Positions 50,532-63,454 of a stretch of DNA of 64,000 nt are shown here, piece by piece. Source of the DNA: Octopus sinensis (taxonomy: Eukaryota); contig NC_043010.1 of the NCBI RefSeq assembly GCF_006345805.1, forward strand, positions 12,338,001 to 12,402,000, read 5' to 3'. The notes beneath the pieces were generated by a model. That model did not search any database. It saw only the letters and a list, made by a program, of their open reading frames with translations, and was not told where the DNA came from. How positions within the stretch are numbered: position 1 is the first letter of the stretch; every line of letters begins with the position of its first letter. Made by a program: the position numbers and the translations under genes.

Positions 50532-51189
50532 ATCACTTAAACTTTTATTTCACTCACTACATTAAATATATAAGCATCTACTTAACTATTTGTTTTCATG
50601 CAGAATGTGCCCTTGGTTGTTCCTGAGTCGTTTTCCCATGTTCTTTTTTTTTTTTTTGTCTGATCAGGAGACTTAAATGGTATTATATGTGTTTGTAATA
50701 TGATGCAAGCCACAACTGAATCTAATGAAAGTATCAGGAAATAGATAGCTGAATAGAAGATAGTAAACGTACAAAAGGGAAGGAAGGAAAAAAAGACTTT
50801 ATAATGACAGAGCGGGCAAATTCATTATTTACTGAAAAGATAGTCAATGAAAATTACTCAAATTTATGGCTCATATATCTATGCATAATCATTTCACTTA
50901 AAGAATATTTATAGCGGGATAATTAGACTGACAAATATCATATAGCAAAGATGATAGCGGCATGTGATACTATAGAAAATGCATTAAAGTAAATGACAGT
51001 GTGGATATGAACATGATATATCTGTATAAAAGAATTATAAATTGAATAAATAAGAATAATGGTCTGGCATCATCATATAGAGATATGCAGCAATTATCAA
51101 TAGAATATAAAAAGGATGACCTATATAATTATTTCTGAAAGAGATGTTAGTAAGAGCATTCACAGATATTCATGATATTGATGAAGAAT

Positions 51190-51228
51190 TATTTCTGTGC
51201 ATGTGTATGTACTTGTGGGCGTGTATAT

Positions 51229-51273
<45 letters not shown>

Positions 51274-51892
51274 AGTGTGTGTGTGCATATAGATGTGTGT
51301 GTGTATATGAGTGTGTGTGTGCATATAGATGTGTGTGTGTATATGAGTGTGTGTGTGCATATAGATGTGTGTGTGTAATAGTGTGCATTAGATGTGTGTG
51401 TATATGTGCATATAGCATGTGTGTGTGTATATGTGCATATAGATGTGTGTGTGTGTGTGTGTGCATGTGCACTCGTTTGTGTGGTGAATCTATGCATTAT
51501 TGTGCATGTGCATGTGTTGTTTACATGCAAGATATTAAAACATGCATAGAAATGCACCATAATTGCAAGTTGTAGGAAACTACATATATAAATATGTATA
51601 TACATGCACACATAAATATACAAATACATACAACATACATCCATACATACATACATACATACAGACATACATGCACACATAAATATACAAATACATACAT
51701 ACACATACATACTACATACATACATGCACATATATACATACATACATACATACATACACATATAACATACATCTACAACAGACATACAGCACACATAAAT
51801 ATACATACATACATACAACATACATACATACATATATACATACATACATATGCACACACATACAGACATACATGCACACATAAATATACAAA

Positions 51893-51926
<34 letters not shown>

Positions 51927-51973
51927 CATACATACATATACATACATACATACATGCACACATAAATATACAA

Positions 51974-52004
<31 letters not shown>

Positions 52005-52058
52005 CATACATACATACATACATACATACATGCACACATAAATATACAAATACATACA

Positions 52059-52092
<34 letters not shown>

Positions 52093-52144
52093 CATACAGA
52101 CATACATGCACACATAAATATACATACATACATACATACATACA

Positions 52145-52178
<34 letters not shown>

Positions 52179-52520
52179 CATACATACATACATGCACACA
52201 CATACAGACATACATGCACACATAAATATACAAATACATACATACATACATGCACACACATACAGACACATACATACATATATACATGCATATATTTATG
52301 CATATATATTTTGTATACATATTTATATATGTTTGTATTTATGTATGCGTTTATGTATCTATGAATGGAAACATGGAAGCATATGCTTTGGGCTACAAAT
52401 GAAAAAAAGTACTCAATACATGATCTATCAACCAACACTGAGTTGCTGAAAGAATACATGTTTTGGAAACTTGTAGTACCAAATCATTATATATGCACAC
52501 ACATGTGCACATGCACACAC

Positions 52521-52585
<65 letters not shown>

Positions 52586-52590
52586 TCTGT
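51190..52590. repeat. (TG)n then (CATA)n compound microsatellite with ~50-bp higher-order units (CATGCACACATAAATATACAAATACATA)
   Basis: Directly visible. Confidence 0.95.
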
Positions 52591-52764
52591 GTGTGTATGC
52601 TTCTGTAATTAGTTAGATGAGCTATTTCCATACAGTAATGTAGAAAATATACCTAAGCCAAAACAAATTGCAGTTTGTTCATAATGTGGAGTTTGGGTAA
52701 AGAATTCTTCTTTGAACTTAGGGGGAAGTTGATTCTGGCATGGGTTGAATGCTTTGACCAGTGC

Positions 52765-52996
52765 CGGCGAGCTGGCAGAACCATTAGAATGTCGGACGAA
52801 ATGTGTAGCCGTATTTCGTCTGCAGTTACGTTCTGCGTTCAAATTCCGCCAAGGTCGACTTTGCCTTTCATCCTTTCAGGGTTGATAAATTAAGTACCAG
52901 TTACGTACTGGGGTTGATGTAATCGAGTTAATCCGTTTGTCTGTCCTTGTTTATCTCCTCTGTGTTTAGCCCCTTGTGGGTAGTAAAGAAATAGGT
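52765..52996 (+). mobile_element. SINE family 2 monomer
   Basis: Ends TAAAGAAATAGGT. Confidence 0.88.
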
Positions 52997-52999
52997 TTG

Positions 53000-53510
53000 A
53001 CCAGTGCTGCACCAGACTCCAGTCTAACTTAGCATGGTTTCTATGGCCGGGTGCCCTTCCTAATGCCAACCACTTTACAGAGTGGGTTGAGTGCTCTTAT
53101 GTGGCACTTCATGGGTGTTTTTATGTGGCACCACACAGGTGCTTTTATATGATGCCACATTGCTACTTTTACATGGTACCACATTGGTGCTTTTACATGA
53201 CACTACATGGGTGCTTTTATGTGGTGCCACCACGAGAATCATCATCATCATTTAGCGTCCACTTTCCATGCTAGCATGGGTTGGACGGTTCAACAGGGGT
53301 CTGGGAAGCCAGAAGGCTGCACCAGGCCCAGTCTGATCTGGCAGTGCTTCTACGGCTGGATGCCCTTCCTAACGCCAACCACTCCGTGAGTGTAGTGGGT
53401 GCTTTTTATGTGCCACCGGCACAGTTGCCAGACAGGGCACGGAGGTCCGTCAGGGCGACGCTGGCAACGGCCATGTTCGGATGGTTCGCTTACGTGCCAC
53501 CGGCACTGGT
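53000..53510 (-). mobile_element. Two adjacent RTE 3'-end copies (diverged 53000-53240 with ~21-bp tandem repeats; younger 53243-53510)
   Basis: GGTGCTTTTATGTGGCACCAC-like units about 7 times; CATCATCATTTAGCGTCCACTTTCCATGCTAGC tail. Confidence 0.8.
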
Positions 53511-53795
53511 AATATATATATCACAAAGGATCAAAGGTTCTTTCAGAACCACAAACACATAAGGTTGGTTTCCCAGATTCTGTGGTGTAGATATTCCCTG
53601 CTTGGATGGAATGCCAGTCCGTTGCAGAATTATTCATTTTTTCCAGAACAGCAGCAATTTGAAATGAAGTGTCCCTTAAATAGTATCAAAAGAGGTACTG
53701 GTATTGAAACTAAGTTAACTTAAGGACAACCATCATTGATAACTGAGGTTATCAACACCACTTTTGGCCAAGACTCTTATAACAACTCCAAGCAC

Positions 53796-54209
53796 TTACT
53801 CTTTTACTTTACTCTTTTACTTGTTTCAGTCATTTGACTGTGACCATGCTGGAGCACCTCCTTTTTAGTCGAGCAAATCGACCCCAGGACTTATTCTTTG
53901 TAAGCCTAGTACTTATTCTATCGGTCTCTTTTGCTGAACCGCTAAGTAACGGGGACGTAAACATACCAGCATCGGTTGTCAAGCGATGTTGCGGGGACAA
54001 ACACAGACACACAAACACACACACGCATATATATATACATATATACGATTGACTTCTTTCAGTTTCCGTCTACCAAATCCACACACAAGGCATTGGTCGG
54101 CCTGGGGCTATAGCAGAAGACACTTGCCCAAGATGCCACGCAGTGGGACTGAACCCGGAACCATGTGGTTGGTTAGCAAGCTACTTACCACACAGCCACT
54201 CCTGCGCCT
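53796..54209 (-). mobile_element. SINE family 1, full-length
   Basis: High identity. Confidence 0.9.
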
Positions 54210-54766
54210 TGAAAAATGTTTAACAAAAGTATGCTACTAATATTCTTATATAATGTATTTCGTGGCTTGATGTACCACTAAAGGAAACGTATAGGGCTAC
54301 ACTAGTGGAAGAACTTGAATAGTGAATGCTCTCCGTATAACATAATACAAAACTTAGTGAAACCCACCGTTGATGTGGCCTGGCCATAAGTGTTGACAGA
54401 AAGGAAATGGAGCATGAGAAAAGTTGTTGAGTGATAGGATTTTCCCTGGAAAGGAAAAAAAATGTGATAGGTGTAGCACGGAATAGACATTCTGCAGGGA
54501 GGTTTATGTAGAACAAATGAATACCTTTCCAGAATAACAAGATATTGTGATCAAAGGAATTTATTATTTTGAAGAGGAAAAGCATGCATCTAAAAGAAAC
54601 AGAAACCGGAAGTCAATAAACATGGATTATTATAGGAAACAACCAGGCAAAGGAAGCTATCAAGCAGCATAATATGGAAAATGGAGACAGAAAACTATAA
54701 TGTCCTTGTGCTTCCATCGCTTGTCAATAATTTTTGGTTGCTCTGGCATGAAACTGTTGGTTGCAT

Positions 54767-55178
54767 TTACTCTTTTACTCTCTTTTACTTGCTTCGGTCG
54801 TTTGACTGCGGCCATGCTGGAGCACTGCCTTTAGTCGAGCAAATCGACCCCAGGACTTATTCTTTGTAAGCCTAGTACTTATTCTATCAGTCTCTTTTGC
54901 CGAACTGCTAAGTTACAGGGACATAAACACACCAGCATCGGTTGTCAAGCGATGTTAGGGGTGGGAACAAACACAGACACACAAACACACACATATATAT
55001 ATACACATATATACGATGGGCTTCTTTCAGTTTCTATCTACTAAATCCACTCACAAGGCTTTGGTCAGCCTGAGGCTATAGTAGAAGACACTTGCCCAAG
55101 TTTCCACGCAGTGGGACTGAACCCAGAACTATATGGTTGGTAAGCAAGCTACTTACCACACAGCCACTCCTGTGCCTA
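54767..55178 (-). mobile_element. SINE family 1, full-length
   Basis: High identity. Confidence 0.9.
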
Positions 55179-56054
55179 TGTGCACATTTGATGTGAAAGT
55201 TATTTTACCTTGGAGTATATTCTGATAGCACACCAGTCATCCTTTACAGAGTATACCTGATGGCATAACCAAGGACTAAGTAGTGCAAAAACAATGCAGC
55301 AGCAGCCTCAGATAAATGAGAATCAATACCAAGTGGTGCTCTATTGTTTTATACATGGACCGGGAGAAAGAACAATGAAGAATATTAAACAAAAGAGATC
55401 CCAAACCCAGATTCCTAATGGTCCTGATGACTGGAAAGTATACAAAGTTTAGCCAACTATAACATGGAACGTTGCTAATTGGACTCCTTTATACTCCCAT
55501 GCTTAGGTTTTGGCATACAATGTTTGTCTGAAAAATTACATATCCTGAAGCAGCTTATAGTATTCCCAAGCAAAAAGATCAGAAATGACCTCTAACTGCC
55601 TTTGCAGATAAACATTTCTCTGTGATTACTTCCAACCAGCTGGCTCAGAAGCTAATACCTAAGAAAGTTAATGAGTTAACTCCATCACTAACAAAAGTTA
55701 ATCTCTATCAAGTTGCTTCTCTTACATTCAGTAGCACCTAACATGGTCTAATAATGTCTCACAGTAATTTATGCAGCAGTGTCCAACAAATTTCATCATG
55801 TGATATAGCATGTCCAATAGGAACCTAGCTTACCATCTTTCAAGCCAAAGATAAAGAACCAATGCTTCATTTATTGTGGATATCTGATAAATTAGATATG
55901 AACCTTATATGTTTATATATATATATATTATATATATACGAAAGAAGGTTTGGAAATGCAATTTTAAAAGATGTTTATTTACTTGCATTTTCAAACCTTT
56001 TTTCGTATATAATTCTACTCGTGCGGTACCTTACAACTCCACTTTGTTATTTAT

Positions 56055-56096
<42 letters not shown>

Positions 56097-56394
56097 CATA
56101 CATATATATATACATACATATACATACATATATATACATATACATACATATATATACATTACATACATACACACATTATATATATATATATTAATATATT
56201 ATATATATATATATATATATATAGACATGGCCTGGACCAATCTTTGGTCGAAACATATCTAAGTTTTATCTAAGTTTTATATATATTACATATACATTGT
56301 ATATATATATACATATATATATACATATATAATATATACTAAATATATATATATACATATATACATATACATATATACAACATATATAACATAT

Positions 56395-56435
<41 letters not shown>

Positions 56436-56479
56436 CATATACCTATAATATATATATTATATATATATATACATATACA

Positions 56480-56965
56480 ATATATATATATTATATATAT
56501 AATAACAAAGGGTAAAATTAATTAATTAAAAAGTAATCAATAAATTTCACCAAGTAGGATTCGGTATGAAAACAGGACTGCTAACACGGTAAATTTTAGT
56601 AATACTAATATACTTATTAGTATATATATATGTACATATAATTGAAGAAATTGAAGTCAGGAAGGGGGGGAGTACAGTTGTATGGTTGGACATTTGTTTA
56701 TTGTCCACTACAATTGTTTCGATGCAATGTGGTTCTCCAAGAACACAAGTATTTGATTATGCAACTGTTTGTTTGCATAATGAGATTTAGTTGTGTTTCT
56801 TCAGGTGATATACCGACTCAAATTTCTTCAATTTTATATTCACACATAGTGAATGCCCGGATTTAAGCTTGGAAGTATGTAATAAAGCCACCAATACTAC
56901 TGGGTCATTCTTAAGGTGGATGAGGTCTATACTGTACTCTAACACGTTCCTAGGGGACTACAACA

Positions 56966-56975
<10 letters not shown>
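56480..56975 (-). mobile_element. Probable Penelope-like terminal remnant with a hammerhead-like motif (56705-56808)
   Basis: Minus TCAC-CTGAAGA-[77 nt]-GAAA-CAATTGT-A-GTGG; (TA)n on both sides. Confidence 0.5.
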
Positions 56976-57042
<67 letters not shown>

Positions 57043-57071
57043 ATATATATATATATATATGGACAGACATA

Positions 57072-57485
57072 TAGGCGCAGGAGTGGCTGTGTGGTAAGTA
57101 GCTTGCCTACCAACCACATGGTTCCGGGTTCAGTCCCACTGCGTGGCATCTTGGACAAGTGTCTTCTTCTATAGCCTTGGACCGACCAATGCCTTGTGAG
57201 TGGATTTGGTAGACGGAAACTGAAAGAAGCCTGTCGTATATATGTATATATATATGTGTGTATGTGTGTGTATGTGTTGTGTGTCTGTGTTTGTTCCCCT
57301 AGCATTGCTTGACAACCGATGCTGGTGTGTTTACGTCCCCATCACTTAGCGGTTCGGCAAAAGAGACTGATAAAATAAGTACTGGGCTTACAAAAAATAA
57401 GTCCCGGGGTCGATTTGCTCGACTTAAGGCGGTGCTCCAGCAAGGCCACAGTCAAATGACTGAAACAAGTAAAAGAGTAAAAGAG
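57072..57485 (+). mobile_element. SINE family 1, full-length
   Basis: High identity. Confidence 0.9.
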
Positions 57486-57619
57486 ACACACACCACACAC
57501 ATATATGCAGTGCCCCAGTATGGCTGCAGCTCTCCAGCTGAAACTAGTAAAGGATAAAGGATATCTACTCTGTGTGTGTGTGTGTGTGTGTGTTGTTGGG
57601 ATGGTATTGTTTTTGAAGA

Positions 57620-57960
57620 CACCAAAGTGGTATCAGTTGAACAGAGCGCTTTGTATAAGCCATGAGAAATTGTAAATCTATAATATTTATATTATTATCT
57701 GGTTTTATTGCCTTGAAGTGGTAGAACAGCTCTTTCACTGTTTGATTCAGCAGTCTGTAGTGGTTGAACATTAGGCAGTGATTTGATGTAGCTTGTTTTG
57801 GCTGCCATTTCTCTGTCAGATGTAATGCTGTGAATAATACATCATGGTCTCCAATGTGGGTTGTAGTTAAATGTCAAGTGATGCTGATGTTGTAGTGCAC
57901 GTGGCGATGCCAAATTTTTAACAGATTATTTCCTGTGTTGGTTTATGAATGAAAAATAAA
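57620..57960 (-). pseudogene. CR1/L2-type LINE endonuclease C-terminal remnant
   Basis: Minus PTQ/NNLLKI...HIGDHDVLFTALHL...HYRLLNQ resembles the EN-terminal PTR.NN.LD...SDH motifs. Confidence 0.5.
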
Positions 57961-59065
57961 AGCAACAATTGTACACCAGGAAAGACATACTATTATTGGG
58001 GCCCACAACAAAATAGCTGGCACATATCAACAATCTGTGACTAGCCTGTCCCAAATGCGAAAATAACTGTGCCGTATTCATGATGGAAAATCTGTGTCTT
58101 CTCTATCTGCAATGGCTGGAGAATGAAATGCAAATGGAGATGTGGAAGTGATTGATTCAGCATTCTATGGCAAGAGGTAAAACATGTGAATGTGTTGGTT
58201 GGTCTCATCACTCTTTAAAGAGTTTTGGTGCTAAAAGTGGATTTATATAAAGCACAAAAGGGAAAGTTCTAGAAAATTGAAACACGTGACAGCTTGACAC
58301 TGATTGGTTGGGTAATTGACTGACCATGTGAAATGATTGTGGTTTGGTTTTGATATCTACTTAAGTATCTCGCAATTTGATTTCGAATTTGCTATAAGTA
58401 GCCCCCCCACCCACCCTAGTTCTTTTACATTGAAATGTAAGAGGATGGAACAATCAAAAGGGTCATGTGAAAAAAAGAAAGAAAGACCAACAGAAATACA
58501 AAATACAAAAGCAAAAGCCATGCAATAAAATGAAAGCAAATAAAAAATATATATGTATGTATACTACGGGCTTCTATCAGTTTCTATTTACCAAATCCAC
58601 TCACAAAGCTTTGATCAGTCTGAAGCAATAGTAGAAGACACTTGCCCAAGGTGCCACACAGTGGAACTGAACCAAGAACCATGTGGTTGGGAAGCAAGCA
58701 TTATCCATGATCAGAGCTCATATATGCAAAATTGTGTTGAAACACAAAAAAAACATGCAAGTGGACTACAAGTTTATCTTCATCATCATCATCATCACAA
58801 TCATCACCATCATCATCGTCAATCTGTCTCCATTATTCATGGTGTTATAGGTTGGACAGTTCAACACGATGCAATAAGATGGAGAACCTTGTCTTGCTCC
58901 AGTATCTCAGTTTTCACATAGTTTCTATGACTAAATGACTTTCCTCATGCCAACCACATAAGAGAGTGTTGTGGGTGTCTTTTTGTATAGCACCAGGAAT
59001 AGTGAAGTCATCATGTGACTCACAAGATTAAAGATCCCCCACGATGAGTGTAAGTATAGTAAAGA

Positions 59066-61737
59066 GATGCTGAGAGGTTTAAGCTTGATAAGAAGGACAA
59101 GATGCTGGGAGATTAAAGTTTGATATGAGGGACAGGATGCTGGGAGATTAAAGTTTGATTGGAGGGACAGGATGCTGGGAGATTAAAGTTTGATAGGAGG
59201 GACAAGATGCTGGGATGTTAAAGTTTGATGGGAGGGACAGGATGCTGGGAGGTTTAAGTTTGATTGGAGGGACAGGATGCTGGGAGATTAAAGTTTGATA
59301 GGAGGGACAAGATGCTGGGATGTTAAAGTTTGATGGGAGGGACAGGATGCTGGGAGGTTTAAGTTTGATTGGAGGGACAGGATGCTGGGAGATTAAAGTT
59401 TGATAGGAGACAAAGGATTCTGGGAGATTAAAGTTTGATAGGAGGGACAAGATGCTGGGAGATTAAAGTTTGATAGGAGACAAAGGATTCTGGGAGATTA
59501 AAGTTTGATAGGAGGGACAGGATGCTGGGAGATTAAAGTTTGATAGGAGACAAGGATTTGGGAGATTAAGTTTGATAGGAGGGACAAGATGCTGGGATGT
59601 TAAAGTTTGATAGGAGACAAAGGATTCTGGGAGATTAAAGTTTGATAGGAGGGACAAGATGCTGGGAGATTAAAGTTTGATTGGAGGGACAGGATGCTGG
59701 GAGATTAAAGTTTGATAGGAGGGACAGGATGCTGGGAGATTAAAGTTTGATATGAGGGACAGGATGCTGGGAGATTAAGTTGGATTGGTAGGAGGACAGG
59801 ATGCTGGGAGATTAAAGTTTGATAGGAGGGAACAACAAGATGCTGGGATGTTAAAGTTGATGGGAGGGACAGGATGCTGGAGGTTTAAGTTTGATAGGAG
59901 ACAAAGGATTCTGGGAGATAAAAAGTTTGATAGGAGGGACAGGATGCTGGGAGATTAAAGTTTGATTCGGAGGGACAAGGATGCTGGGAGATAAAGTTTG
60001 ATAGGAGGAACAGGATGCTGGGAGATTAAAGTTTGATAGGAGGGACAGGATGCGGGAGATTAAAGTTTGATGGAGGGACAGGATGCTGGGAGATTAAAGT
60101 TTGATAGGAGGGACAAGATGCTGGGATTGTTAAAGTTTGATAGGAGGGACAGGATGTGGGAGGTTTAAGTTTGATAGGAGACAAAGGATTCTGGGAGATT
60201 AAAGTTTGATAGGAGGACAAGATGCTGGGATTTTAAAGTTGATAGGAGACAAAGGATTCTGGGAGATTAAAGTTTGATAGGAGGGACAGGATGCTGGGAG
60301 ATTAAAGTTTGATGGGAGGGACAGGATGCGGGAGGTTTAGTTTGATAGGGACAGGATCTGGGAGATTAAAGTTTGATAGGAGGGACAAGATGCTGGGAGA
60401 TTAAAGTTTGAGGGAGGGACAGGATGCTGGGAGTTTAGTTTGATAGGAGACAAGGATTCTGGGAGTTAAAGTTGATAGGAGGACAAGATGCTGGGAGATT
60501 AAGTTTGATAGGAGACAAAGGATTCTGGGAGATTAAAGTTTGATAGGAGGGACAGGATGCTGGGAGATTAAAGTTTGATAGGAGACAAAGGATTCTGGGA
60601 GATTAAAGTTTGATAGGAGGGACAAGATGCTGGGATGTTAAAGTTTGATAGGAGACAAAGGATTCTGGGAGATTAAAGTTTGATAGGAGGGACAGGATGA
60701 TGGGAGGTTTAAGTTTGATAGGAGACAAAGGATTCTGGGAGATTAAAGTTTGATAGGAAGGACAGGATGCTGGGAGATTAAAGTTTGATAGGAGACAAAG
60801 GATTCTGGGAGATTAAAGTTTGATAGGAGGGACAAGATGCTGGGATGTTAAAGTTTGATAGGAGACAAAGGATTCTGGGAGATTAAAGTTTGATAGGAAG
60901 GACAGGATGCTGGGAGATTAAAGTTTGATAGGAGACAAAGGATTCTGGGAGATTAAAGTTTGATAGGAGGGACAAGATGCTGGGATGTTAAAGTTTGATA
61001 GGAGACAAAGGATTCTGGGAGATTAAAGTTTGATAGGAGGGACAGGATGCTGGGAGGTTTAAGTTTGATAGGAAGGACAGGATGCTGGGAGATTAAAGTT
61101 TGATAGGAGACAAAGGATTCTGGGAGATTAAAGTTTGATAGGAGGGACAGAGATGCTGGGAGATTAAAGTTTGATAGGAGACAAAGGATTCTGGGAGATT
61201 AAAGTTTGATAGGAAGGACAGGATGCTGGGAGATTAAAGTTTGATAGGAGGGACAGGATGCTGGGAGATTAAAGTTTGATAGGAGACAAAGGATTCTGGG
61301 AGATTAAAGTTTGATAGGAGGGACAAGATGCTGGGATGTTAAAGTTTGATAGGAGACAAAGGATTCTGGGAGATTAAAGTTTGATAGGAGGGACAGGATG
61401 CTGGGAGATTAAAGTTTGATAGGAGACAAAGGATTCTGGGAGATTAAAGTTTGATAGGAGGGACAAGATGCTGGGAGATTAAAGTTTGATAGGAGACAAA
61501 GGATTCTGGGAGATTAAAGTTTGATAGGAAGGACAGGATGCTGGGAGATTAAAGTTTGATAGGAGACAAAGGATTCTGGGAGATTAAAGTTTGATAGGAA
61601 GGACAAGATGCTGGGAGATTAAAGTTTGATAGGAGACAACGGATTCTGGGAGATTAAAGTTTGATAGGAGGGACAGGATGCTGGGAGATTAAAGTTTGAT
61701 AGGAGACAAAGGATGCTGGGAGATTAAGAGGGACAGG
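59066..61737. repeat. 35-bp minisatellite, about 75 monomers, with two monomer types forming A/B dimers
   Basis: A: GGAGGGACAGGATGCTGGGAGATTAAAGTTTGATA; B: GGAGACAAAGGATTCTGGGAGATTAAAGTTTGATA; near-regular alternation from ~60500 to 61700. Confidence 0.97.
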
Positions 61738-62195
61738 AATGAGCTTTTTGATGTAGAAAAGATACAAGGCAACCCCATATCAAATATGGGTTAGTGAGAG
61801 TTATTGAAGTGAAGCTAGAAAGAAAGATGAAGAAAGTTGCGATCAAATGTAATAGGGTACCCTCATGTACAAGATATTGAACAGAAGAGAATACGAGGAT
61901 AGATGAAGGGCAGAGGGGTAAAGTTTGCTTTAAATTGTTGTAAATAGGAATAAGGGATGAATGTAAGAGATCATGAGCAAGGGTGGAAGGGGTAGAAAAT
62001 GCTAAATATAATTAGGAGGAATATGGTAAGAATGAGAGATCAATAGAAGTGGCTCAAGAGAGAGGAAATGATGACTGACAGTACAGAAAGGGCAGAATGA
62101 TACGATAAATAAGAGAGGGATGAAGCACAGGGAGATGATGGGTAAATATTGCAAGATTGTTGGTGAGAGTGAGAGATCTATAGATCTATAGTAAT

Positions 62196-62312
62196 TGTCT
62201 CCTATCAAACTTTAATCTCCCAGCATCCTGTCCTTCCTATCAAACTTTAATCTCCCAGAATCCTTTGTCTCCTATCAAACTTTAATCTCCCAGCATCTTG
62301 TCCCTCCTATCA
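62196..62312 (-). repeat. About three inverted monomers of the 35-bp satellite inserted within a 24-bp duplication
   Basis: CCTATCAAACTTTAATCTCCCAG units; AGAGTGAGAGATCTATA..GTAATTG on both sides. Confidence 0.9.
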
Positions 62313-62455
62313 TAGAGTGAGAGATCTATAGTAATTGACATAGAGGTGGTCTAAATTATTTAAAGGTGAATATGGTGAGTAGAAAAAAATGCAGGGTGTT
62401 GATCAATGGAAAATGTGTGGGGTGGAATGATTATATATAAATGTATGTATATACA

Positions 62456-62760
62456 TCTATTATATAAAATCCGTTCAGTCTGTCTGTCTGTGTCTTCTAG
62501 GGTCTCAGGAATCTTCCATCCGATTGAGATCAAATTTGATATGTAGATACCGATGGTATCAGGGCGTGTATAAGTCTTGAAAAAATTACAAAACTCGATT
62601 CCAGGTGAGAATGCGATCAATAATGCCGTAGGAATGTGCATTTGTATGCACAAGTACATCAGCTGTTGTGTTCGATACTACACGTATGTGAGAAAAATGC
62701 ACGTGCAGTTTGCGCAAAAAATGCCGGCTGGCTTGAAAAAATGCAGTATATTTAAGAGAC
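62456..62760 (+). mobile_element. Probable non-autonomous Helitron-type 5' end
   Basis: A|TCTATTATATAAAATCC start, (GTCT)n, CCGATTGAGATCAAATTTGATATGTAG; no CTRR 3' end found. Confidence 0.4.
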
Positions 62761-63080
62761 CAAAGAAGTAAGATGCAAAAGAGATATTTTCTTCAAACTT
62801 GGCATGAAGGAAGGAAAGACTATTTGGTTCCTCAAGAAGTTTTTTATTTTGCCTTAACTTTGTTTAACAAAACCAAAAATTTTATTGAAATAAAGGAATG
62901 CTTAATTATTTTTTAATGAAAAGAAAACACTGATTGCTTTTTATTCAGCAGATATGATTCAGCACCGTCCATTGAACAGGGTGCATTTTACTCGTATGTA
63001 TATATAAACATATCTATACACACACACACACACACACACACATGCATATACATATGTATGCTATCAAATCTTTCTTTTGT

Positions 63081-63359
63081 AATATATGGGCTGCAACTGA
63101 GAAGTTCTCAGAATATCCGAAACAAATGATAATAAAAGAATTAAATTCAGAAACAAAGTATAGGTCAATCAACAAATTCCTAGACGCAAAATTTTAAACA
63201 TATCTTTAAAAATATACATTTATTAATACATTTTAATAAAGATCAATAGATCTATTGATCTGTATTAAAATGTATTAATAAATGTATATTTTTAAAGATA
63301 TGTTTAAAATTTTGCGTCTAGGAATTTGTTGATTGACTTACACTTAGTTTCTAAATTTA
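63081..63359. mobile_element. Penelope-like ORF end folded back into a ~218-bp palindrome (63142-63359)
   Basis: Plus frame 63081-63197 reads NIWAATEKFSEYPKQMIIKELNSETKYRSINKFLDAKF* (resembles the PLE terminal EK..I..YP...LN..SE...R..NKFL motif); palindrome centre GATCAATAGA|TCTATTGATC at 63250/63251. Confidence 0.65.
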
Positions 63360-63454
63360 CCTCTTCTCTTGTATGTATGTATGTATGTATGTATGTATGT
63401 ATGTATGTATGTATGTATGTATGCATGCATGCATATATGCATTAACAACTTTAT

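Noticed and set aside
55420-55450. Hammerhead-like CTGATGA-CTG-GAAAG
   Set aside because: Only 3 nt between the core halves, no helix II, no UH triplet and no helix I pairing.
59066-61737. CRISPR-like array or repetitive protein (PSCPSYQTLISQHPVPPIKL)
   Set aside because: Monomers are contiguous with no unique spacers, and the 35-bp period is not a multiple of three.
61740-62160. Possible Penelope RT remnant on the minus strand (LFTT..LYPS...LHFNNSH..DMG)
   Set aside because: Similarity is too weak and stop-ridden to call without a profile search.
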